From the NCBI GenBank assembly GCA_951406725.2, contig OX597815.1, positions 211,854,001-211,918,000 on the forward strand: 64,000 nucleotides of DNA, given 5' to 3'. The notes below the pieces were generated by a model. The model was not told the origin of the DNA. It saw nothing but the letters and a program-made list of their open reading frames with translations, and made no database searches. The translations under genes were made by a program, and so were the position numbers. This document shows positions 53,077 through 64,000 of this stretch, in pieces. The DNA is from Octopus vulgaris (lineage: Eukaryota). The number at the start of each line of letters is the position of its first letter. Position 1 is the first letter of the stretch.

Positions 53077-53149
53077 CGAGCTTGCCAGGATTCGAACCTG
53101 GAATCTTCTGATCCGTAGTCAGACGCGTTATCCATTGCGCCACAAGCCC
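53077..53149 (-). tRNA. trnR-ACG: tRNA-Arg(ACG), consensus; last copy of cluster
   Basis: Exact consensus with a unique upstream flank. Confidence 0.95.
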
Positions 53150-54220
53150 TCATGCTGATTTACCGTGTTGTTTACCTACTAATTTCTTAAGTGACACCTT
53201 CCTTGTCACACACACACACACACACATATACATACACAGATAAACATGCTACACACACACACGCACGCACACACACACACACACACACATACACACACAC
53301 ACACGTACACACAAAACAGAATGCATCTATTTTAAAAAACGTATAAATTTTTATTATTGTTTCATGCTACACGTGCTTTCAAGTCTCCGTTTGTCTGTAT
53401 AACTCGCGCCTTTTTTTCAACGTGCGTTTAAACTAAATTTGCGTTTTTGTGACAAGAGATTTCTCCTCTCATGCTTTACTCTCGCCTCCTCTCCTTAACT
53501 TCCTGTCCCTCTCACACACACATGAACTCACTCCTTCTCTCATTCTCTCTCTCTCTCCCTTACCTCTCTAATTCATTCTTCCCCCTCTTTTCTTTCGTTG
53601 TCTCTTTTTACAAAAAGCTATTACCACACGCCTACTTCATACACAAACTACAATGGCTCTGTTTTGTTTGCCCTACCTGCAATGCTCTCCAGTATAATTA
53701 AGCATTGAGTGTGTGTGTATGTGTGTGTGTGTGTGTGCGTAGATACTTATGTATGTGTGTGGTATATGCGTGTCTGCGTGAGTGTATGAGTGACGGTATG
53801 CGTGTATGCATATACCTGTATGTGTGTGTCTGTGATTGTGCCTGTGTTAATACGCAAGCGTGCGTACACGTGTGCGTACGTGCGTGTGTGTGTACGCAGG
53901 GGCGTTAGACTAACTACCGTCTTAAAAATACGAACATGTAAGGCAATAGCCTTCCATTAGTTTGTACAGAGTTAATACACTAACGCTACACTGAACAACT
54001 TTCTAGATTCAGCGAAACCTTTTCTTACTGCATACCAGCAAAACTTCTCTTAGCAGAATCGTTAGAACGTACGAATAAAATCTTTGAAGTGTTCCTTCTG
54101 GTTCTTTATGTTCTGCGTTCAAATCCCATGAAAGTCAACTTTTGTTTTCATCCCTCTGCGGTCGATAAAATATAATACCAGTGAAATACTGAGTTATATT
54201 GGCACGTCTAATCATCTCTT

Positions 54221-54658
54221 GGACCTTTTCGGTTTGAACGGCAGTTTTTTAAAATAATTTCCACGTAACTAAACACTTTTAAACTTCGTATACTGGTAGA
54301 ATGTGTTCACAAAACATTTTTTTCTCTTGGCTTTATTGAGAAAATTCTATAGTTTGTAAGATATTTGTTGTTATTTTTCTTCAATTTCTGCAATTTCAAC
54401 CAATCAATGACGTCTATTGAGGTGAAAACATTCTCTGCCGTATGAAAATGTCCCTCGTTTAAGAAACAGATCGGGTTTATTTACATTTCTGAAGAAAAAG
54501 GATACCCTTCCCCTCACTCCTAACCCTAACCATAACCCTAACTAACCCTAACCCTAAAACAGATTAAAATGCAATAGATCGATACTAGGGTCATAATTAT
54601 GGGTGATAATTTCATATGACACCGCTAGAAAAAACTGCCGTTCAAACCGAAAATATCC
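54221..54658. mobile_element. GGATC-TIR MITE with internal (CCCTAA)n and 8-bp TSD
   Basis: TSD CATCTCTT / CACCTCTT; collinear with 35460-35890; inserted in a SINE-A. Confidence 0.85.
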
Positions 54659-55102
54659 CACCTCTTCTCAAAAGTGCTGGCCTTGTACGTTAGTCAGAAA
54701 TCATTATTATTAGTACAGTCGCTTTCCGGGTTTTTACGTTACGAGTTCAAATCCAGACGACGTTAGCTTTGCCTTACCACTGAAGTAGAAATTTCCCCAA
54801 ATCCCACATAAAAACGCATATACATTCGAAACATGTAGATTAATGTGTGCATACGGGGACACACACATTTAAGAATTAAATTTCACTTCATCCTTTCGGG
54901 TGATAAAATGAATACCAGCTGAGCGCTGGGGTTAATGTAATCAGCTTCCCACCTTTCCCTGAAATTGCTGGCCTACTGCCTAAATTTGAAACCATTATAT
55001 ATATATATATAGGGAGAGTTTACAAAAACAACGAAAGACGAAGACAGGTGGTGTACAAAACAAACAGATGTATTAGTATAACGCTCAGGAATAGAAAAAG
55101 TC

Positions 55103-55136
55103 TTTTACGTTTCGAGCCTACGCTCTTCTACAGAAA
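55103..55136 (-). ncRNA. Degenerate hammerhead-like motif (Penelope-like fragment)
   Basis: Minus TTT-CTGTAGA-A-GAGC(GTAG)GCTC-GAAACGTA-AAA; core A6 replaced by U. Confidence 0.4.
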
Positions 55137-55264
55137 GGGACACAGAAAAAACAAGGAGAGAAAAAATGTGTGTAATGGCTATATATTATATATTACTAGA
55201 TTTACTACCCAACGTTGCCCGGTAAGTATTCACGGAATTGTTTGCCAATTTGTAGAATGGGAAT

Positions 55265-55296
55265 TCATGGTACTTATGCATATATATATGTATGTG

Positions 55297-55342
<46 letters not shown>

Positions 55343-55425
55343 TGTATGTATGTATGTATGTATGTATGTATGTATGTATGTATGTATGTATGTATGTATG
55401 TATGTGTATGCATATATATATATAA
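55265..55425. repeat. (TA)n/(TATG)n microsatellite
   Basis: Directly visible. Confidence 0.9.
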
Positions 55426-55852
55426 ATTAATAAATAAATAAAACATATGCATATATACATACATATATGTACGTACCTACCTCTACATGTATATATACAT
55501 GCATATATGGGTACAGGACAAAAAAAAACGTCGAACACAATGAGAAACGAAAACATAAACACAAAACCAAGGAAATGGACATTTTTTTAAAACAACGAAA
55601 AAATAGAGTACAGGACATACAAAACAAGGAAAATTCTCCTTCTTCAGTCGCCTTAATTTCATCTACTCTACGTTTCGAAGGCCAAGGCGATACATGACTT
55701 CAATGAAATTTCCTTCCCGCGAAAATCAAATTAAATAAAATTTGAGATTTTTTTGCGGAGAGGTAAAAATGGTAACAAAAACAGGACAGTAACGACAGTA
55801 CAAAATATAAACAGTAAAAGACAGGACACGGAAAATAACAGTAACACAAGAA

Positions 55853-55903
<51 letters not shown>

Positions 55904-56597
55904 CCTAACTTCTGGACTTATTTAATTGGAACTATCCAAACAATAGTAGCCTACTTAATGTCTGAAGAAAATTGTGAGTATGCATACATTGTCTGAAAGG
56001 ATATTGATGTTTTCTGTATGCCAGTGTGTGTGTACGTCAAAAAGTTGACGTTTTTTTTCTTAGAGAGTGTGTGAGAGAGAGGGGGAGGGAGATGGAGAGA
56101 GAAGACTATGTGTGTGTATATGTCACAGATAGTGTACTGGTGTTTGTGTTGAACCATGGAGTCACCTGTAAAGTTTGTGTTTCCTAGCAACAGAGTTTTG
56201 TTTCGTGGGCTTTTTTCTCCTTTTCTAAGTTATTTTGCGTACTTTCAACGAGTGTGACATCGAAATCACGCGTAAACGGCTCCTTTCCTCGGAAAAGAAA
56301 ATATTTGGCTGCTATTCCTTGCATGCTCTGCTACCACATAACAGGTATTTCGAGTCCTTTATCGCAAATGGCTGTTACGTGGTAGCAGGGCCTGCTAGAA
56401 ATAGCAGCCAAATATTTGGCAGTGAGATTCTCGAAAAAACTACGGAAAAAATAGGTTTCATCGATCAGGAACGGTTGGATGTTGCGGATGCACCCTCGAA
56501 ATAGTTGATTTGTATTGATAAGCATATTTAAACTGACTTCCAATGAATTACCTATTGGCAGAAGCTGCTTTTGTAACGAATAATAAAAATTTGCACA

Positions 56598-56904
56598 GCT
56601 AACTTAATTTAGATGCACAGTTTTGAATGCATTAGGCTGTGACAATCATCCTGAAAATCATCTCGTATAGACGTTAGGCGTTAAAGAGCACAAATTGTAT
56701 TGACAGACAAAAATTTAGTCAGCACCGACGGATTGGACAGTTGTATCGCGTGATTTCAGCGCGATACAACAGTCCCACCTACCGGCGCTGAGGAAATTTC
56801 GTCGACTCATATAATCAGCATTTTGTACCTAACGTCTATACGAGATTATTTCTCAGGACGATTAGCCAACGGCGTTCAAAACAACTGGTCCGAATTAAGT
56901 TAGA
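56598..56904. repeat. ~300-bp imperfect palindrome (foldback MITE-like)
   Basis: Arms CTAACTTAATT..TCTCGTATAGACGTTAGG / CCTAACGTCTATACGAGA..AATTAAGTTAG; centre GTTGTATCGCG-TGATTTCAG-CGCGATACAAC. Confidence 0.75.
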
Positions 56905-57070
56905 TGAGCAAATTAATATTCACTAACTGGACCCGTGAAAAGTTCACGGAAAATATTAAAAATGACGGCATCCGTAAATTGTGTGCTGGTGGCATGAGAA
57001 ATGTTTCCATACTGTGACAGCTAAAGACGGCGAGCTGGCAGAACCGTTGGCACGCCTGGCTAATGACACA

Positions 57071-57522
57071 CTGTCTGTATCTGTTTAGTATTTGCAAAGG
57101 AAAATCATCGTTCCTATCTCTAGCCTTACGTGATACACAGACCCGGGTTTCTGAGTAGTAACCCATCATCAGTGTGTGATAATCACCAGCTAGCAATGAG
57201 AACTCATTCCAAACGCAAAATGCTATATGCTTTTTCCAGTAAACAGTAGCAGCACGGAAACATGAAGTATATTTCCACCTAAAAGTGGCGGACTCATAGG
57301 GAACGATGCTACTGTTGTTTATAGCCCCAGGAAGACATCTCCTCCAGCTAGCTAACGGCAAACTGTCTGTGTCTGATTAGTATTTGCGAAGGGAAATCAT
57401 CGTTCCCATCTCTAGCCTTACGTGATACACACAGGCCCGGGTTTCTGTGTAGTAACCCGTCATGAGTGTGTGATAATCACCAGCTAGCGATAAGAAACCC
57501 GGGTCTGTGTGTATCACGTAAG
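57071..57522. repeat. ~130-bp direct repeat (57071-57202, 57363-57497) with a short inverted copy (57493-57522)
   Basis: CTTACGTGATACAC..CCCGGGTTTCT occurs twice forward and once reversed. Confidence 0.75.
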
Positions 57523-57905
57523 TGGTGATGGTGGTGGTTACACTAAAACGATTTCTGCTCTATTTTTTTGCCAGTTTGTGATGTTCAAGTGTTGTGCAGT
57601 TTCTCAAAAAATGTGGCAGCATTTTTTTGCGAACATTTTCGTTTCAAGTTGTTGATTAAACGACAGTATGTCAGCTAATTTGGTACCAGCCAATGGTATG
57701 TTTACTTTTGGGCGTTTAATGCTAATAGTCGCCCACACGTCCTCCTTTCAAGCAAGGTGGCTGCCCCATGAACAAGAGTGTTCAAAGAAAAGCACAGAAG
57801 AAAACAAAAAATCTTCCAAGACAATAATACGAAAGGAAAAACAGACCATTTTATACAAAATGTGTATCGAGATATATATATATGTATATAGATGCGTATA
57901 CACAT

Positions 57906-57950
<45 letters not shown>

Positions 57951-58371
57951 AGTGGTGATATGTATGCATGTATGTATATTAAAGTGTGCTAAACTGTACC
58001 TTGATAGGGAAATGGTCGCAGCGTTTTTCCATTATTCTCATTTATTTTTATACTTGTGCTTGCCCTATGACCTCTGCACTCTATCCTAGACACATCAACA
58101 TTTGCCAACTAATGTCTGCAAAAAAATATAAATAAATAAAAAATATGAATAATATAACGATAAAAAAACAAAAAGTGGCTGTGAAGGAAATTCCAGTTAG
58201 TTGCAGTTTTGGGAAGCAAGGATGGGTAAAAAAAAAATTAATTGCTAATCTGGAAAGTAAAGCAAAATAGAGATTATGAGATGTCTATGTTCCCAAGTTC
58301 TTAAAATACTAAATACGTGCCTAAGCTAGATTTGATATATAATCCACATATTTAACTAATCATCAAATACT

Positions 58372-58382
58372 GTAGTAGTAGC

Positions 58383-58453
<71 letters not shown>

Positions 58454-58462
58454 CAGCAGCAG
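58372..58462. repeat. (GTA)n(GCA)n microsatellite
   Basis: Directly visible. Confidence 0.95.
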
Positions 58463-59029
58463 CCATTCAAGAATTTGGACCTGGAAATCTCAATTTCCAG
58501 CGACTTCGAGGGCCACCTCCCAGTGGTGTCGTGCGTCAACGAAGAGCCCTAGACTACAACAAGACGACCAAAGTTTTGTTTTTTTCCAATGTCTGGGGTC
58601 TCCCGCCCCTAAGCCCTAGACCATCACCTAATCACCCTTACCCGTCTTGTTGCTTAACAACAACAACAACAACAACAGCAGCAGCAGCAGCAGCAGCAAG
58701 GGAGCATGCACTGTAACAGAGTGTCAATGCCTCCACCATTTGCTGGTGATTCTCTACTCGTGGCGGATGACACCTTTGTATCACCCAGGAGGCAACCTTC
58801 CAACTCATTGGTCTGTTGGAATAGTCGTTGCTGGTGAGGTATAGTCGTCTTGCAAGATCAAAGTGCAAATTCCGCCTCAATCTCTTTTAGTCACTTTAGA
58901 AGAAACATTGTGTCTATTCTTTGAAATGCCGGTCCCCACGCAGCAATCAGTGCTAAATACACACCTACTGTCTCTGTACGGCTTATTAGTATATACATGT
59001 ATAATGTACATAATGTACTTACAAGTAAC

Positions 59030-59400
59030 AGAACATGGTTCTGGGTTCAGTCCCACTGCGTGGCACCTTGGGCAAGTGTCTTCTACTATAGCCTCAGACT
59101 GACCAAAGCTTTGTGAGTGGATTTGGTAGACGGAAACTGAAAGAAGCCCGTCGTATATATGTATATGTATATATGTGAGTGTGTATGTGTTTGTGTGTCT
59201 GTGTTTGTCCCCCAAACGTCGCTTGACAACCGATATGTTTACGTCCTCGTAACTTAGCGGTTCGGCAAAAGCGATCGATAGAATAAGTACTAGGCTTACA
59301 AAGAATAAGTCTTGGGGTCGATTTGCTCGACTAAAGGCGGTGCTCCAGCATGGCCACACTCAAATGACTGAAACAAGTAAAAAAGTAAAAAGAGTAAAGA
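59030..59400 (+). mobile_element. tRNA-derived SINE, family B, 5'-truncated
   Basis: Highly similar to 29185-29565. Confidence 0.85.
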
Positions 59401-61024
59401 GAGAACAGAGTAAAATAGAAGAGAGTACAGCAATGTGTAAAAGAAAAAGCAATTCTTTACTAAAGTGTGTGCCCTCCTTCTCTCACAGGCCCATGCCAAC
59501 TGGCTCTCTTGAAGCCATCTTTATTCGGGCCTGGATTTGTCGATCCTGACAAAATACTGAGTTAATTACGGTGGTGGGAAGATTGTATATTGGACTTAAT
59601 TACTCTTGTGTAACTCCAGTACTTTCTTTTCAACTTCAGATATATAAAGATTTAACGCATATATGAACAAAAGTATTCACAAAGCATTTATTTGGCGCCC
59701 TACCATATTTACCAAACTAATGTTGATTTATGGTAGACTTATGTTGAGTGGTGGATCTAACCGTCAGATGGTGACGTACTCTTGGATAGTGGGTCACATC
59801 GAGCAGTGGCTTAATCTTGGCTGGAGTAGTGACTTAAGGGAAGTGGACCTAATCTTTCAGCAATATGATTTATTTGGGGTAAAAAGCCTCATCTTGAGTG
59901 GTAGGCCTAATTTACTCGTTGATTTAACAAAAGCTGTCAAATTAGCACCTTAATCCGAGTCCTTTCTGTTCCTAGAACTTGAACAAGGTTTCCAGCCCGA
60001 GTACTACTTTATGTGTACTTTATTCGAAGCGAATCTTCAAATAATTCGTGTTTCATCAGTCAATGATTCTTGGTTTCTTTCTTTGTCTTCCAACCTTTGG
60101 TATTTGAGGCTCGAAAAGGCCATTGGTGTTACTCTTCTTCCGATGGCCAGGCTATAAAAATGATAATTTTTTTTATGTGGCAGGGTGTAGTGGAATGCGT
60201 TTAGCTTGGTGCATTACCGGTAAAAGCGATGGGATTGAAACCAGAATATATTTGGAAGAAATTAAATATTCTACTGTCATTCAGTCCAGCGTTCATCAAA
60301 CACGCCTACCAAATTTCCTTCCAAACTATAATTGATTCTGAAAGTTGTCTCTGTATTTCTATTTCTGGTGAGAGTATGTGTGTGTATGCGTGTGTGTGTG
60401 TGTGTGTGTATGTATGTGTGTGCTTTGTAATGGGAGGGCGTAGCTCTAGAATAAGTCATAAATCTTCGGGAGTTGGCCAGTAAAATTCCTGAATCATTTC
60501 AAAATGTTTAGTAGACATGGTTGTATCAGTTTTCTTTAAACAATGTCTTGACGAGCAGCCATAATATTAACCCCAGCCATTGTTAAATCAACTTCATCCC
60601 GATCTAGAAGGAAGAAATATCAGAGATTTATACGATTGGCACTGAACCAGAAATGTTTGGAGTGAGGATACTGCCGATTAAATCGAAACATGAGCTGCAG
60701 TTCTTGACAGATACTTGTTTTATCAACTTTCAAAGAGCAAAAAGACAGAGTCTTCAACTGCCGTATTCTTTTAAGCTCAGAGCAGCGCAAACTATTTTCT
60801 CCGCTGTTTTACCAATTCTGCCACCACCTGGGTGGGAAAAAGTATAACATACACAATCTTCCATATATCTTGATCATCAAAATTCAAAGGGAATTTTTAT
60901 ACTTTTTCTCTTTTTATTTTCTCTTCTTCTTTATATGAAGATTATTTTTTTGAGAATTATGTTAAATTTCCACGATTAAACATGTATCAACCAAGAATTA
61001 TATTTATTTTTCTTTATTTCTTTT

Positions 61025-61215
61025 ACTTTTTATTGCCCGCAGGGGACAAACAAGAACACACAAAGGGATTAAGGCAACCCCAGTGCGTAACTGGTACTTA
61101 TTTAATCGACCCCGAAAGGATGAAAGGCAAAGTTAACCTCGGCGGAATCTGAACTCAGAACTTAACCGCTAAGCATTTCACCCGGCGCGTTAACGATTCT
61201 GCCAGCTCGCCGCCC
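61025..61215 (-). mobile_element. tRNA-derived SINE, family A
   Basis: Reverse complement of the family A head and core. Confidence 0.75.
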
Positions 61216-61544
61216 TAACTAAGAATAATATTATTCATAGAATATAGTTTTTTTCGCCCATGTTTTTTCATTTAATATTTAAATTAAGTGCGTATATATT
61301 TTCTTTTTCTTAATTTATATGAATTCCGCTGAAGTGGACTTTACCTTTCATCTTTTCGGGGTCGATAAAGTAAGTACTAGTAAAACACTGGGGATCGAAG
61401 TAATCTACTAGCCTTCTCCTCGAAATTGCTGGCCTAGTGCGAAAATTTGAAACTAATGTATAAATTAGGTGCGTATATATTTTTAAACTCAGTTGAATAT
61501 ATGAATCACAGTATCATTGTATCAACCAGACTAACGGTTGTTGT

Positions 61545-61772
61545 TATATACCGCTAGTCACAATGCACTTACTTTCGAATGATGCCAGCAATTCGCTAGT
61601 CGGGCAGGCCAACATTTCCGTGGAACGGAACACTAGTCCGTCGCAGGGTTATCCATTTACAGCTGAGCGGACCGGAGTATTTTGCTCAAGAACACAACGC
61701 ACTGCCGGTCTGAGAATCGAAACCGCGATCTTCCGATCGTGAGTACGACACCCTGACCACTAGGCCACACAC
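61545..61772 (-). mobile_element. tRNA-derived SINE, family C (diverged)
   Basis: TTGCTCAAGAACACAACGC..GAATCGAAACC..ACCACTAGGCCAC, like 40738-41000. Confidence 0.65.
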
Positions 61773-63319
61773 CACGACTACACAAATAAAAAAGACATAT
61801 TAAGAAGAAACAAAAGGGAGTAGCTGGATGGATACCCTACTTTTCGTCTGACCTGTCCTCAATTATGCTTCCTCTTTTCTTCAGGTTTTTAATATTTTTC
61901 ATGTTTTTTTAATTAAATGCCTTTGTTTTTGTTGTTTTTTTATATATAAGGAGAACGATAAAGATTGCATAGGGAAGAAAGTCTAAAGCCAGCATCAACC
62001 AAAAACGCCAAATTTCGTTTGGATTGTTTTGTTTTTTTGTTTTGGTTCCCATTGAAGTCTCCTTCGGTCTGTATCCGCATTTAGTCTTAAAAATAAACGA
62101 AAAGCTTTGTGTAATTGAATGAAAATATTATACATATAACGGCGCATGATAATTTTCTTTGATGACTGCTGCACCCTGGGATGTCCATATTCCACTGGCT
62201 GGAGCTAGCGAAAGAGTAAACGAGTGCAATGGAAATAACAGGATCTTATTTAGTCTCGTCTGAAAAAGACAAATGTGAAGTTACAGAGTCGATATTTGTG
62301 TTTTAGATTAGAATAATTAGAGTTCTGTTTCGTTCATTTATTTACGAAAGGAAATGAAAAAGTAAGCGAACCAACCAATAAATCCTTACCTGATCACTTG
62401 AGCTTTTAGTAATAGCAGCTAAATCTCCACCAAATCACACTTACACTCTCAAGCAAATGGAAGGACACATTGAATAGGGCACACTTAAAAGCTGGAGGCA
62501 GAATCGTCACGACTAAAACGTCTTTGATCATAAGCTGTATTAAACATGCCTGAGTATAGCAATGGTATAGCGAACTCCTGGTGGTCCGCAAAGGTGGTAC
62601 TGGGAGTCTGTGAACTAAATTCAAAATTTCATATATATATATATATTGTTAAAAATTGTAAGACAACAAAAGAATGAAAGAGACCTCGATATTATGTAAA
62701 TAGAAGAATTTATCTGTAAATGTAATACGTGACAATTATTCGGTATATATATATAAGGATATAACAAAAAGGGTCCGTGAGAAAGCTCATTTAAATAAAA
62801 GGGGTTCTTCGTAGTGAAAAAGTTGGGAAACTCTGGACTAGAGGCTAAGCATTCGCAAAGACAACAGAAGTAAATTGATCTGAGACAAGAAATCAAAGCT
62901 AGTATTTACTAACTCGTGTTACTGGAAAATACTATTTAAAATGAAAATTTTAGAAGCAATTACGATTGAGAACTGCTTTTTTAAAAAGAGGTAAATGATT
63001 TCTTTTACATCTAATCTCAATGTAAATCAATTTGGGGTTAAGAATGTTAGTAAAGTTGAAACATATTTAAAGTGTTACTTACTAACATTTTCACGATGAT
63101 GTTTGAAGTTAAGCATGGGCATGGCTACGTGGTTAAGAAGCTCACCGTTCAACCACTTGGTTTCAGGTTCTGTCCCACTGCGTGGCATCTCGAGCACGTG
63201 TTTTCCGCACCGACACAATATCTTGTGAGTGAACTTAGTAAACAAAAACTATGTGGAAGCCCCTCTGTGTGTGTAGGTGTCTTTATGTTTGTCCTGTTAA
63301 TAACTGGTGTTGGTTTCTA

Positions 63320-63690
63320 TTGGGTTGTCCGGAAAGTTCGTGCCGATTTATAGTAGCTTACCTTTCGACTTATTTTAGAACATGGTTGAGTCCATAAAAT
63401 ACGAGTTAAAAGCAGCAATTCAAGAGAAACGTCTAGAATTGGCCAACAAGAAGGGTGTTGTTTTCCAACATGGTAATGCAAGACCGCACGTTTCTTTGGG
63501 AATCAGACAAAAATTGCTGCAACTCGGCCGGGATGTGTTACCCCACCCTCCATATTCACCAGATATTGCTCGTTCGGATTTCCACTTCTTCAGGTCTCTG
63601 CAGAATAGTCTTAATAGTAAAAATTTCAATTCCTTGAATGACGTAAAAAGATACCTTGATGAATTCTTTGCCATGAAACCACCTCAGGTA
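63320..63690 (+). pseudogene. mariner (DD34D) element remnant: left TIR plus C-terminal transposase fragment
   Basis: TA|TTGGGTTGTCCGGAAAGTTCGTGCCGATT TIR; ORF 63382..63720 has VFQHGNARPH (HDNARPH with catalytic D to G) and HPPYSPDIARSDFHFFRSLQN; N-terminal part deleted. Confidence 0.88.
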
Positions 63691-63856
63691 CAACTGATTT
63701 TTGCCAGCAGAGTTGAATGAAACAACGAAAAATAATATATCTTGTGCAGGGACAAAACCCACCGTGGGGAATCGAACTCACAACCTTACGATCGTGACCT
63801 GAATACCCGTAACTTTTGAAAAGATTTGAAATTATCTAAATTAATTATTTTTGTTA

Positions 63857-63860
<4 letters not shown>

Positions 63861-63900
<40 letters not shown>

Positions 63901-63954
63901 TATATATGTATGTATGTGTATATATATATATATGTATATATGTATATATGTATG

Positions 63955-63985
<31 letters not shown>

Positions 63986-64000
63986 ATATATATGTATGTA
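63861..64000. repeat. (TA)n/(TATG)n microsatellite
   Basis: Directly visible. Confidence 0.9.

Larger units (their letters stand above)
42737..53149. repeat. Higher-order tandem repeat: units 42737-46936, 46937-50329, 50330-53149
   Basis: Each unit begins with GATATTCAATCGCTAGG and keeps the same order of relics, tRNAs, MITE fragment and inner 206-bp array. Confidence 0.9.

Noticed and set aside
63382-63720. Active mariner transposase or SETMAR-like host gene
   Set aside because: Only the C-terminal third remains, the second catalytic Asp is Gly, and no right TIR is seen.

Overview
AT-rich, repeat-dominated eukaryotic DNA. The tRNA-headed SINEs, Helitrons, MITEs and dense (TA)n/(CA)n/(CATA)n microsatellites suggest an octopus-type cephalopod genome (inference from repeat content only). 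I can support no intact host protein-coding gene; almost all ORFs in the track are translated microsatellites. The main feature is a ~20 kb cluster (about 33.4-53.2 kb) of tRNA-Arg genes, all on the minus strand: 28 full-length 73-nt copies plus roughly 35 decayed relics, counted by eye. The right half is a higher-order repeat of three units (about 4.2, 3.4 and 2.8 kb) carrying inner arrays of 9, 5 and 2 copies of a ~206-bp tRNA monomer. Notable points: (1) two adjacent copies have switched anticodon ACG to TCG; (2) a MITE with both TIRs and an 8-bp TSD encloses an intact tRNA gene; (3) the 206-bp monomer contains the end of that MITE; (4) a 28-bp perfect palindrome with an 8-bp duplication is present in one unit and absent from its two paralogues; (5) several minimal hammerhead-ribozyme-like motifs lie in Penelope-like fragments outside the cluster. 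The rest is decayed mobile DNA (RTE-like and RLE-type LINE pieces, mariner remnant, pogo-, piggyBac- and hAT-like MITEs). Coordinates were read manually; boundaries of old repeats are approximate.
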